Of a stretch of DNA of 64,000 nucleotides, positions 40,694-49,262 are shown one piece after another. Below the pieces are notes generated by a model. It had not been told where the DNA came from and did not search any database. It worked only from the letters and a program-made list of their open reading frames with translations. The translations under genes were made by a program, and so were the position numbers. Source of the stretch: Bacteroidota bacterium (GTDB taxonomy: Bacteria > Bacteroidota > Bacteroidia > Flavobacteriales > Flavobacteriaceae); the NCBI GenBank assembly GCA_027620655.1, contig JAQCDS010000003.1, forward strand, positions 10,449-74,448, read 5' to 3'. How positions within the stretch are numbered: the stretch's first letter is position 1; each line of letters begins with the position of its first letter.

Positions 40694-41551
40694 ATGATAC
40701 ACTCCATGACTGGATATGGAAAATCCGAATTAGAATTACAATCAAAAACCATTCGTTTAGAATTAAAGTCCTTAAACAGTAAGTCTTTGGATCTAAATAT
40801 GCGTATGCCAACTATGTATAGAGCAAAAGAACTTGAATTACGAAGACTTATTGGTGCAAAACTAGGTCGTGGAAAAATAGATTTTTCAATTTATGTTGAG
40901 TTTAATAAAGGAGAAGCCCCTGCAAAAATTAATACTGAAGTTGTTAAAGGGTATATGAAACAGCTAGAAAGTATATCCTCTTCAGACAAAGTTGAATTGC
41001 TAAAAATGGCCGTTCGTATGCCAGATGCCGTTAGTACAGAGCGGGAAGACATAGACCCCAAAGAATGGAAAATAATATCCGATGAGGTTTTGGTGGTATT
41101 AAACAAAATTCAAAACTACCGAAAAGACGAAGGAGCAGTACTTGAAAAAGATTTTTCAAAACGAATTTCAAAAATTGATGAACTCCTTGAGGAAGTGATA
41201 AAAATCGATCCTGAGCGTATTAAACATGTTCGAGAACGTCTTAATAAAGGCATTGCTGAATTGAAAGAAAAAGTAGATGAAAATCGCTTTGAACAGGAAT
41301 TGATTTATTACATTGAAAAACTAGATATTACTGAAGAAAAAATTCGGCTAAAAAACCATTTAGAGTATTTTCTTAAAAATTTAAATTCGAATGAGTCGAA
41401 CGGTAAAAAACTTGGTTTTATTGGTCAAGAAATTGGACGAGAAATTAATACGATTGGTTCCAAAGCAAATTATGCCCCGATGCAAAAACTCGTTGTGCAA
41501 ATGAAAGACGAGCTCGAAAAAATAAAAGAACAATTACTCAACGTGCTATAA
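40694..41551 (+). CDS. YicC/YloC family endoribonuclease
   Basis: SMTGYG, KLDITEEKIRL, REINTIGSK; TATCTTTG at 40663-70. Confidence 0.93.
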   Translation: MIHSMTGYGKSELELQSKTIRLELKSLNSKSLDLNMRMPTMYRAKELELRRLIGAKLGRGKIDFSIYVEFNKGEAPAKINTEVVKGYMKQLESISSSDKVELLKMAVRMPDAVSTEREDIDPKEWKIISDEVLVVLNKIQNYRKDEGAVLEKDFSKRISKIDELLEEVIKIDPERIKHVRERLNKGIAELKEKVDENRFEQELIYYIEKLDITEEKIRLKNHLEYFLKNLNSNESNGKKLGFIGQEIGREINTIGSKANYAPMQKLVVQMKDELEKIKEQLLNVL

Positions 41552-41554
41552 ACT

Positions 41555-42127
41555 ATGTTTAACGGAAAACTCATTGTATTCTCTGCACCCTCAGGCTCTG
41601 GAAAAACGACCATTGTAAAACACCTTTTGAAACAACAAGAGTTAAATCTTGCTTTTTCTATTTCGGCCACCTCAAGGCAAAAAAGAGGGGATGAAATTGA
41701 TGGAAAAGATTACTATTTTTTATCGACAGATATGTTTAAAAAACACATCAAAGAAGGTGACTTTTTAGAGTGGGAAGAAGTTTATAGAGATAATTTTTAT
41801 GGTACTTTAAAAGCAGAAGTGGAACGTATTTGGGCCATGGGTAAGCATGTTATTTTTGATATTGATGTTTCAGGAGGATTGCGCATAAAAAAGAAGTTCC
41901 CCGAAAAAACACTGGCTGTTTTTGTAAAACCACCAAGTATAGACGAGCTAAAAATTCGATTGAAAAAACGAAAAACAGAATCTGAAGACAAAATAAACAT
42001 GAGAATCTCAAAGGCTTCTGCTGAACTTGCTACAGCACCCCTTTTCGATTGTATTGTAGAAAATGAAATTCTAGAAAAAGCTAAAAATAAAGCATATAAA
42101 ATTGTTTTAGATTTTATTGAATCATAA
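41555..42127 (+). CDS. gmk: Guanylate kinase
   Basis: APSGSGKTT, EIDGKDYYF, FLEWEEV..YGT. Confidence 0.97.
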   Translation: MFNGKLIVFSAPSGSGKTTIVKHLLKQQELNLAFSISATSRQKRGDEIDGKDYYFLSTDMFKKHIKEGDFLEWEEVYRDNFYGTLKAEVERIWAMGKHVIFDIDVSGGLRIKKKFPEKTLAVFVKPPSIDELKIRLKKRKTESEDKINMRISKASAELATAPLFDCIVENEILEKAKNKAYKIVLDFIES

Positions 42128-42145
42128 AATATTGAATTCAAAAAA

Positions 42146-42721
42146 ATGAAGGTTGGTCTCTATTTTGGTACATTTAACCCCATTCATGTGGGGCATCTTA
42201 TTATTGCCAATCATTTTGCTGAGCATTCCGATTTAGATCAAGTGTGGTGTGTAGTAACACCCCAAAACCCTTTCAAAACCAAACAAAGCATCTTGGATAA
42301 TAACCAACGATTAGAGATGGTGTATCTAGCCACCAAAGAGTATCCAAAACTCAAACCTAGTGCTATTGAATTTCAACTCAAACACCCCAATTATACCATA
42401 CATACTCTTGCATATTTAGAAGAAAAATATCCAAATCATAAATTTGCGCTTATTATGGGTGAAGACAATCTAGTTTCTTTACCAAAATGGAAAAATGCTG
42501 AAGTGATTTTGGAGCGCTACCCAATTTATGTCTATCCTAGAAAGCTCCATTCAGATACCATAAAACATACCATAAAAGGTGACATAAATAAAATTGATGC
42601 CCCTGTAATTGAAATTTCGTCTTCATTTATAAGAAAAGCCATAAAAGAAGGAAAAAACATACGCCCCTTACTGCCCGAAGCCGTATGGGTATATTTAGAT
42701 GAAATGAATTTTTATAAATAA
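42146..42721 (+). CDS. nadD: Nicotinate-nucleotide adenylyltransferase
   Basis: GTFNPIHVGH and ISSSFIR. Confidence 0.97.
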   Translation: MKVGLYFGTFNPIHVGHLIIANHFAEHSDLDQVWCVVTPQNPFKTKQSILDNNQRLEMVYLATKEYPKLKPSAIEFQLKHPNYTIHTLAYLEEKYPNHKFALIMGEDNLVSLPKWKNAEVILERYPIYVYPRKLHSDTIKHTIKGDINKIDAPVIEISSSFIRKAIKEGKNIRPLLPEAVWVYLDEMNFYK

Positions 42722-42724
42722 ACT

Positions 42725-43717
42725 ATGGTAAAAATTGGAGCTATAGAATTGCCTGAATTTCCATTGTTGCTTGCCCCAATGGAGGATGTAAGCGACCCCC
42801 CTTTTCGTGCACTTTGTAAAGAACAGGGTGCAGATGTCGTTTATACAGAATTCATTTCTAGTGAAGGGCTTATTCGTGATGCTGCAAAAAGCACCATGAA
42901 ACTCGACATTTATGAAAAAGAGCGCCCTGTTGGTATTCAAATTTTTGGTGCAAACTTAGACAGTATGCTTAGAGCAGTGGAGATTGTTGAAAAATCAAAC
43001 CCAGATATCATTGATATTAATTTTGGTTGTCCTGTAAAAAAGGTCGTAAGTAAAGGAGCTGGAGCAGGTATTTTAAAAGACATTTGCCTAATGGAAAAGC
43101 TTACTGCAGAAATAGTCAAACGCACCCATTTGCCTGTTACAGTCAAAACACGTTTGGGCTGGGATCACGATTCTATTCGAATTGTAGAAGTTGCCGAAAG
43201 ACTTCAGGATGTGGGAATTAAAGCACTTTCTATTCATGGTCGAACACGGGCTCAAATGTATAAAGGCAATGCCGATTGGGCACCTATTGCTGAAGTGAAA
43301 AATAATCCTAGAATGCATATTCCAATTTTTGGAAATGGCGATGTCAACTCCCCAGAACGTGCTGTCGAAATGCGTGATACTTATGGATTAGATGGCGCTA
43401 TGATTGGTCGTGCTAGTATTGGAAACCCCTGGTTTTTTAAGCAAGTTAAGCACTATTTTGAAACCGGAACACCCCTTGCGCCCATAAGTATGATTGAACG
43501 CGTAGAAGCGGCGCGAAGACACCTCAAAATGGCTATTGATTGGAAAGGTGAAGTATTGGGGGTTTTGGAAACTAGAAGACATTATACAAACTATTTTAAA
43601 GGCATTCCAAACTTTAAAGCTTATAGAACCAAAATGGTAACTAGTGACCATAGCGCAGATGTTTTTAAGACTTTTGATGAAGTAGAATCCGCTTTTGGAA
43701 CTCATCAATTTGTCTAG
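42725..43717 (+). CDS. dusB: tRNA-dihydrouridine synthase
   Basis: LAPME, DINFGCP, HGRT, GNGDV, MIGR. Confidence 0.93.
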   Translation: MVKIGAIELPEFPLLLAPMEDVSDPPFRALCKEQGADVVYTEFISSEGLIRDAAKSTMKLDIYEKERPVGIQIFGANLDSMLRAVEIVEKSNPDIIDINFGCPVKKVVSKGAGAGILKDICLMEKLTAEIVKRTHLPVTVKTRLGWDHDSIRIVEVAERLQDVGIKALSIHGRTRAQMYKGNADWAPIAEVKNNPRMHIPIFGNGDVNSPERAVEMRDTYGLDGAMIGRASIGNPWFFKQVKHYFETGTPLAPISMIERVEAARRHLKMAIDWKGEVLGVLETRRHYTNYFKGIPNFKAYRTKMVTSDHSADVFKTFDEVESAFGTHQFV

Positions 43718-44913
43718 CCTGAAAGGTTTAGCTTTTTAATACTTAAAGAGGCTATTTTCGAAGCCATCACTCCTAAAACTAGAATAGTTCCAAATGCAAT
43801 CACAAAGTTCAGTGGCTTTAAAACTACAGGATACGCCAATGTGGGTGATATCATCACTAAATCAAAATACTTTTGAAGAATAGTTAGAGTTGCTCCTAAA
43901 AAGAGTCCTACAAATCCGCCTAGAACGGTCATCATAATTCCTTGCATAAAAAATATATGTTGCAACTCATTTTTGTCAGCACCAATACTATAAAGTGTTT
44001 TTAAATTCTCTTTTTTATGTAAAATCATCATGACAATAGAGCCTATAATATTAAACAATGCAATGATTAAAATGAGTGTAAATATGAGATATACAGCAAC
44101 ATGTTCTGTATTCAACATTTTATAAAGAGTATCGTTGAGCTGAACTCTATTTTTAATTATAATTTTTTCCTTAAAAACAGAATTAAGCTCAGTTGTAATA
44201 CGGTCTAAATCTGCTTCTGGTAGGGTAATAATTTCGAGGGCACTGATTTGATTTGGTTTTACACCTAATAAATATCTTGCATTTTCTATGGAGGTATAGG
44301 CCATAGAATTATTCAATGATTCATTTATTTGAAAAATGCCAACATTGACAACTTTCATGCTTTTAAAAGCTCCTTTAACCGACATGATTTGCCCAGTACC
44401 AGGTTTTGGTGCATACAACCGAATGGTTTTTGTAAGATCATATATCCCAAATCCAAGAGTGTTTGTAGCGCCCCAACCTGCCACAATATGTGGAAAATCT
44501 GGTTCCATCCATGCGCCATAGCTTAAGATAGAATCTATGGTCTTCTGAGGATAATTAGCATCAACGCCCTTTAAATCTAAAGCCAAATATTTATCCTCAC
44601 AACTTAATAAAACTTTGTCCTGAACAATTTCTGAAAATGAAGCAATTCCTTCAATTTTTTTGATTTTTTCTCGATGCTCGGATGATAGTTTTATGGTTTT
44701 TGATTGATATGGAAAGACCTTAAGGTCGGGGTCTGTAAATGATGTAAATTCTAAACTAAATGCTTTTAAGCCATCAAACCCTGAAAGCACAACAAAAAGT
44801 GCTGCTGTTCCAAAAATAATGCCCAACCCTGCAACCAAGGTAATATAGTTAATCGCTTTGTTTTTAGTTTTTGTAAATAAATACCGCTTAGCGATGTAGA
44901 ATGAAAAATTCAA
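43714..44913 (-). CDS. LolC/E-like ABC transporter permease
   Basis: FYIAKRYL N-terminus; IALFNIIGS; FtsX-type layout. Confidence 0.85.
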   Translation of the reverse strand: MNFSFYIAKRYLFTKTKNKAINYITLVAGLGIIFGTAALFVVLSGFDGLKAFSLEFTSFTDPDLKVFPYQSKTIKLSSEHREKIKKIEGIASFSEIVQDKVLLSCEDKYLALDLKGVDANYPQKTIDSILSYGAWMEPDFPHIVAGWGATNTLGFGIYDLTKTIRLYAPKPGTGQIMSVKGAFKSMKVVNVGIFQINESLNNSMAYTSIENARYLLGVKPNQISALEIITLPEADLDRITTELNSVFKEKIIIKNRVQLNDTLYKMLNTEHVAVYLIFTLILIIALFNIIGSIVMMILHKKENLKTLYSIGADKNELQHIFFMQGIMMTVLGGFVGLFLGATLTILQKYFDLVMISPTLAYPVVLKPLNFVIAFGTILVLGVMASKIASLSIKKLNLSG

Positions 44914-45306
44914 TTATATTTTTTTTCTTTTTTTAAGCAATTCATCATTAAGAATAGGGTTGTCTTCCCCCTTAAGCGAGCGATTAATTTGATCAATATA
45001 TTCTAAAGAATCATCAATAAAAAATAGCAATTCGGGCATGCGGCGAAGTTGGTGTTTTGTGCGTTGTGCCAATTCGTGCTTTATGATGGCAGCGTTTGAA
45101 GAAATCCCTTCAATTAAAATTTTAGCTTCTTTGATTGGGAAAATACTGAGATAAACTTTAGCAATGGATAAGTCCACCGTTACTTTCACTTTTGTTACCG
45201 AAATAATAACGCCTTGCATGCCGCCTTCTCTCGCAGCGCCTTGTAGGACTTCTACTAAATTACGTTGTAGAACTGAGGCTATTTTCTTTTGTCTTTGACT
45301 TTCCAT
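44914..45306 (-). CDS. rbfA: Ribosome-binding factor A
   Basis: ISVTKVKVTVDLSIAKVY and LRRMPELLFFIDDS. Confidence 0.96.
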   Translation of the reverse strand: MESQRQKKIASVLQRNLVEVLQGAAREGGMQGVIISVTKVKVTVDLSIAKVYLSIFPIKEAKILIEGISSNAAIIKHELAQRTKHQLRRMPELLFFIDDSLEYIDQINRSLKGEDNPILNDELLKKRKKI

Positions 45307-45376
45307 AAGGCAAAAATACTATAATTCTACTGTAATTATTCAAAAGCCTTGTTTTTTGGTTTAAATTTGTAAAGTG

Positions 45377-45787
45377 ATGAAAAAAATAGAACACATTGGC
45401 ATTGCCGTAAAAGATTTAGACGTTTCCAATACTTTGTTTAAAAAATTACTTGGTGTTTCACATTATAAAATTGAAGACGTTGCCACGGAGGGAGTTAAAA
45501 CATCTTTTTTTAAAGTAGGTGAAAGTAAAATTGAATTACTTCAAGCGACAAGTCCTAATAGTCCTATTGCCAAATTTATAGCAAAACATGGCGAAGGTGT
45601 ACATCATTTGGCCTTTGATGTAGAGGATATTGAGGCAGAAATTGAGCGCTTAAAAAACGAGGGGTTTGAATTGATTAACGACATCCCAAAACAAGGAGCA
45701 GATCATAAAAAAATAGCATTTTTACATCCAAAATCATCTGGTGGTGTATTGATAGAACTGTGCCAAGATATTGGCAATAAAGCATAG
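45377..45787 (+). CDS. mce: Methylmalonyl-CoA epimerase
   Basis: IEHIGIAV, GEGVHHLAF, FLHPKSSGGVLIELCQ. Confidence 0.92.
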   Translation: MKKIEHIGIAVKDLDVSNTLFKKLLGVSHYKIEDVATEGVKTSFFKVGESKIELLQATSPNSPIAKFIAKHGEGVHHLAFDVEDIEAEIERLKNEGFELINDIPKQGADHKKIAFLHPKSSGGVLIELCQDIGNKA

Positions 45788-45835
45788 AATTCTTTTTATA
45801 ATTTTAAAAATGGTTGTAATATTGCAGCCACTTTT

Positions 45836-45909
45836 GGTCCCATAGCTCAGTTGGTTAGAGCATCTGACTCATAATCAGAGGGTCCTTGGTTCGAGCCCAA
45901 GTGGGACCA
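45836..45909 (+). tRNA. tRNA with CAT anticodon, most likely tRNA-Ile2 (lysidine); elongator Met not excluded
   Basis: Acceptor GGTCCCA/TGGGACC, anticodon arm TCTGA-CTCATAA-TCAGA, T arm CTTGG-TTCGAGC-CCAAG; C4:G69 and C5:G68 (TilS determinants); G1:C72 paired, so not an initiator; no encoded CCA. Confidence 0.93.
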
Positions 45910-45914
45910 CCCTT

Positions 45915-45943
45915 AAAGCCCTTTCTTTTGAGAGGGTTTTTTT
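45915..45943 (+). terminator. Terminator after the tRNA
   Basis: AAAGCCCTTTC-tttt-GAGAGGGTTTT plus T run. Confidence 0.75.
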
Positions 45944-45948
45944 GTACC

Positions 45949-46235
45949 TTAACACTGACAACCACTTTTAGGACTTTCAGATAACTCTACACTTGTTCTT
46001 AAACGAGGTGCGTTTCTATAATTTGCAGGTATTGTATCATCAGGAGAAAATGTAATTAAAAGAAGACGACTAATATCTGCTATTTTCTTTTCCTCGTCAT
46101 TGTTTTTGGGAAGTTGCAATGCATTACTTAACCAATATTTATCGATATCTTCTTTTTAAGTTTGCTTAGATCTTCAAGTAAAACTGCTGGTTCTGGAAAA
46201 GATTCTAAAAGGGTTTTGATTTTTTTAACTGACAT
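45949..46235 (-). pseudogene. Frameshifted ~95-codon hypothetical ORF
   Basis: MSVKKIKTLLESFPEPAVLLEDLSKLK; adding one A to the A-run near 46155 gives KEDIDKYWLSNALQLP..SESPKSGCQC*. Confidence 0.55.
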
Positions 46236-46246
46236 GATTTTTAAAT

Positions 46247-47041
46247 TTAATTATTTTCTGTTCTATTTTCCCAAATAAGCTTATTTAGATCATAAATATT
46301 TTTACCATTTCCAACCGTACTTAAAATTTCTTCTTCAGTACAGAAATCAAAAAAGTTTGGCGATGGATTCTTTATCTTCCCATTATTACAGCTAACTTCC
46401 CATAACAGTTTTGAATTGGGAAAACTAGGAATAAATTCCCCTGTACCTCCATAAATTTTATGATATTCCAATCTATGAAAGTCATGATTGTTTTTGATAA
46501 AATTCTCAAAACAATCTGAGCATCTAATCGTTATGGAACCATTAAAAGTTTTTTGAGAATTATCCATGGCGTTACTAACTCTTGAAGGACATTCTTCGTT
46601 GCTATGCCATCTTACATAATGATTATTTGGCCAATGGGAACCTTGAGGATGAAAATCAAACCTTCTACCAAAAACCACTCTTTTTTCCATATCTAGAGAA
46701 ATACTATAATTGTATTTTTTAGCTTTTTCTTTGTATTCTAAAATGATGTACAAAAACCTTCCACATTTCAAATTATAGTTTTTAAGTATGTTTTCTAATA
46801 GTGGAATCTTTGGAGTTAAGTCATCTAAATGTTTTAAAAATTTTGACTTAACAGCACCACTTTCTTTTCCATTGTTATCAAATTGTTCTAAAAAACGATC
46901 CGCATAATGACGCGTATCCGAAGTTATATTGTGGAATTCTTTTCCATCAAAAGTATATTTACATTTATCAATGGCTAATTCTAGTACTAAACATGGACTA
47001 ATATTTTGGAATATTTTTGTTAGTTTTATAATATCATACAA
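46247..47041 (-). CDS. Hypothetical protein, start uncertain (possibly 5'-truncated)
   Basis: Open frame of 264 codons in AT-rich DNA; begins with TTG directly after an in-frame TGA. Confidence 0.55.
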   Translation of the reverse strand: MYDIIKLTKIFQNISPCLVLELAIDKCKYTFDGKEFHNITSDTRHYADRFLEQFDNNGKESGAVKSKFLKHLDDLTPKIPLLENILKNYNLKCGRFLYIILEYKEKAKKYNYSISLDMEKRVVFGRRFDFHPQGSHWPNNHYVRWHSNEECPSRVSNAMDNSQKTFNGSITIRCSDCFENFIKNNHDFHRLEYHKIYGGTGEFIPSFPNSKLLWEVSCNNGKIKNPSPNFFDFCTEEEILSTVGNGKNIYDLNKLIWENRTENN

Positions 47042-47059
47042 TCAATAAAAATTTTAATT

Positions 47060-47434
47060 ATGAAGAAATTACTTTTATTAACTCTTGCATTCACACTTTT
47101 TACTTGCAGTGGAGGGGATGATTTAAATAATAGTGCTACAAATTCAGTGTTCCAAGGCGAATGGTCTGGAACATTTTCTGGTGATGACAATGGTACTTGG
47201 ACTGGTACTGTTGATGAGAATGGTAATATCATAGGTGTTGCTATTTCCACAACATTTAACGATACTTACACTGCAAGTGGTACATTCTCCAGCGATGGTA
47301 ATGTTTCAATTACTGTTGGTTCGGTTGATACTGGTGCTTTATTTGAAGGGCAGGCAACTTCAAATACTGTTATTGGTACGTGGGTAAATTCAGGTGCTAT
47401 GATGAATGGAATTTGGTCTGGTAGTAAAGACTAA
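47060..47434 (+). CDS. Hypothetical lipoprotein with GxWxG repeats
   Basis: MKKLLLLTLAFTLFTC signal; GEWSG, GTWTG, GIWSG. Confidence 0.85.
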   Translation: MKKLLLLTLAFTLFTCSGGDDLNNSATNSVFQGEWSGTFSGDDNGTWTGTVDENGNIIGVAISTTFNDTYTASGTFSSDGNVSITVGSVDTGALFEGQATSNTVIGTWVNSGAMMNGIWSGSKD

Positions 47435-47449
47435 AAATAATTAAATACA

Positions 47450-48178
47450 ATGAAAAAAATACTCTTACTCTCTGCTTTATTCATCTTCGCTTGTAGTAGT
47501 GGTGATAGTAGTGGCTATATTTCAAATCCAAATAATTCATCGGCAATCAAAATAATGCCTTTGGGTGCTTCAAGAGTTGAGGGGGAAAGACCAAATTATG
47601 AAAGCTATCGTTATTATCTATGGAAAAAACTAAAAGAAAATAATTTTGTTTTTGATTTTATAGGTACACAGTCAGATGAAGCTGCTTATCCATCTTTCAA
47701 CGGCGAGGATTTTGACTCTGATCACGAAGGTAGAGGGGGATGGGCTTCGGGCGATATTGTAGACGGACTTAATGACTGGCTTGAACAGTTAGAAACTCCG
47801 GATGTTGTTTTGATAAGCTCTCCAGGGGGCAATGATGGTTTGGAGAATTTACCTTTTCCTCAGGCTGTTTCAAACATAAATTTAATTGTTGATATTTTAC
47901 AAGAAAACAACGCAAGTGTTACAATTATCATTGAACAGATGGCTCCAGCTCGTTCAGATATAATGACCGTTGAGCTCACTAACTTTTTTCATCAAATGCA
48001 ACAGGAGGTTTTAAATATTTCAAGCAATAAATCAACTACTTTATCAAATGTAATCCCAATAGATATGTATACAGGATTTAATGATAATTTTCTCGCAGAT
48101 GATGTTCATTATAATGTTGATGGTGCAAAATTTATTGCTGAAAGATATTCAGAACTAATTTTAAATGTACTAAACTAA
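47450..48178 (+). CDS. SGNH/GDSL hydrolase lipoprotein
   Basis: Lipoprotein signal; IMPLGAS, HEGRGGW, GGND and DDVH blocks. Confidence 0.85.
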   Translation: MKKILLLSALFIFACSSGDSSGYISNPNNSSAIKIMPLGASRVEGERPNYESYRYYLWKKLKENNFVFDFIGTQSDEAAYPSFNGEDFDSDHEGRGGWASGDIVDGLNDWLEQLETPDVVLISSPGGNDGLENLPFPQAVSNINLIVDILQENNASVTIIIEQMAPARSDIMTVELTNFFHQMQQEVLNISSNKSTTLSNVIPIDMYTGFNDNFLADDVHYNVDGAKFIAERYSELILNVLN

Positions 48179-48181
48179 ACT

Positions 48182-48598
48182 ATGAAAAAACTACTCTTAC
48201 TCTCTGCTTTATTCATCTTCGCTTGTAGTAGCGATGATAGTTCGGAAGACAGTCCATTACCAACTTACACAATTGAGGGTAAATGGATATGGTCCCCAAC
48301 TGAAAATATTTCTGATGCTAATACAATGTATTTATATGAAAATGGGATAAGGTATACTTATTATTGTACTTCTGAAATTTCTAATGATTGTCAATCTTTA
48401 TTTGAAACCTTTCTAGCAAACGATGGAAATCATATACCAACAACCAATCCTTACACATTTGAAAATAATATTCTGACTGTTGATTTACATTTTGGCAATG
48501 AATTAGTAACTCCTATTGCTTTTGAATGTGATGGAGGTAAAGCATATTTTGAAACACCTGAATATAGTTTGTTTAGATTAAATTCCGACTGTAATTAA
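48182..48598 (+). CDS. Hypothetical lipoprotein (lipocalin-like beta-rich)
   Basis: MKKLLLLSALFIFAC-SSDD signal with acidic export-like tail; IEGKW motif; 4 Cys in the mature cargo. Confidence 0.85.
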   Translation: MKKLLLLSALFIFACSSDDSSEDSPLPTYTIEGKWIWSPTENISDANTMYLYENGIRYTYYCTSEISNDCQSLFETFLANDGNHIPTTNPYTFENNILTVDLHFGNELVTPIAFECDGGKAYFETPEYSLFRLNSDCN

Positions 48599-48697
48599 AC
48601 CATAAGCATATCCTCTTCTTTTTAGTTCAGCTTTTTCTAAACCTCTTGTGTAGTAAAACATAAATTTCTTAAATTTGAAGTATAACATAATCTAATT

Positions 48698-49030
48698 ATG
48701 AAAAAACTACTCCTACTCTCTGTCTTTCTTATCTTCGCTTGTAAACAAAGTGAAAAAACCTCAACTGAAGAGCTAGCGTTTAACCCTAATATTGAATTAA
48801 TTAGCGCTCAAGCATCTTGTGGTATTTGTATGCTTAATATGGAGGGAGATAAATGTGAATTAGCTGTGGTCATTAAAGGTGATAAGTATTATGTTTCAGG
48901 GGCAAATATTGATAGTTTTGGAGATGCTCACTCAAAAAATGGATTTTGTAATGCAATAAGGGAGGCAGATATTCAAGGTCGTATAATCAATGATAAATTC
49001 AATTTAACTTATTTTAAATTTAAAAAATAA
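48698..49030 (+). CDS. DUF6370-like lipoprotein
   Basis: ASCGICM, CELAV, GDAHSKNGFCNAIR motifs; own TAAATTTG promoter element at 48670-77. Confidence 0.8.
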   Translation: MKKLLLLSVFLIFACKQSEKTSTEELAFNPNIELISAQASCGICMLNMEGDKCELAVVIKGDKYYVSGANIDSFGDAHSKNGFCNAIREADIQGRIINDKFNLTYFKFKK

Positions 49031-49092
49031 AAAAAGTTTTAATCCTCTCTGCTTTTTTCTTCTTTGCTTTTAGTAGCGATGGTGAGATTTAA
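49027..49092 (+). pseudogene. Inactivated, cargo-less copy of the signal-peptide leader
   Basis: ATA AAA AAA GTT TTA ATC CTC TCT GCT TTT TTC TTC TTT GCT TTT AGT AGC GAT GGT GAG ATT TAA; aligns codon for codon to MKKLLLLSALFIFACSSDD with ATG>ATA and Cys TGT>TTT. Confidence 0.75.
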
Positions 49093-49262
49093 TTTCCGAA
49101 ACGACTAAAGTTGCCCATTCCGTCGCTATCAATATTATCTACTTCTTGGTTATAATTATTTTCTTTCCTTTGTTTTTTTGTACCATAGAATATGTTCCAA
49201 ACTAAAAAATAAACATAAACAACAAAAATTATAAACCCTATAATAAAAATACCTAAGTCCAT
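49089..49262 (-). CDS. Small single-TM protein (57 aa)
   Basis: MDLGIFIIGFIIFVVYVYFLVWNIFY..DSDGMGNFSRFGN; its ATG overlaps the upstream stop (TAATG). Confidence 0.75.
   Translation of the reverse strand: MDLGIFIIGFIIFVVYVYFLVWNIFYGTKKQRKENNYNQEVDNIDSDGMGNFSRFGN

Larger units (their letters stand above)
47450..49086 (+). repeat. Dispersed direct repeat of ~50-60 bp encoding a lipoprotein signal peptide; copies at 47450, 48182, 48698 and 49027, with a diverged copy at 47060
   Basis: 47450 and 48182 match at 49 of the first 50 nt (ATGAAAAAA[A/C]TACTCTTACTCTCTGCTTTATTCATCTTCGCTTGTAGTAG); 48698 and 49027 are colinear variants. Confidence 0.9.

Noticed and set aside
48599..48660. Possible additional degenerate leader between cassettes 3 and 4
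   Set aside because: Pyrimidine-rich and hydrophobic when translated, but not colinear with the leader repeat
47060..49092. CRISPR array or classical integron
   Set aside because: The repeats are protein-coding and separated by whole genes; no cas genes, no intI and no attC-like palindromes seen
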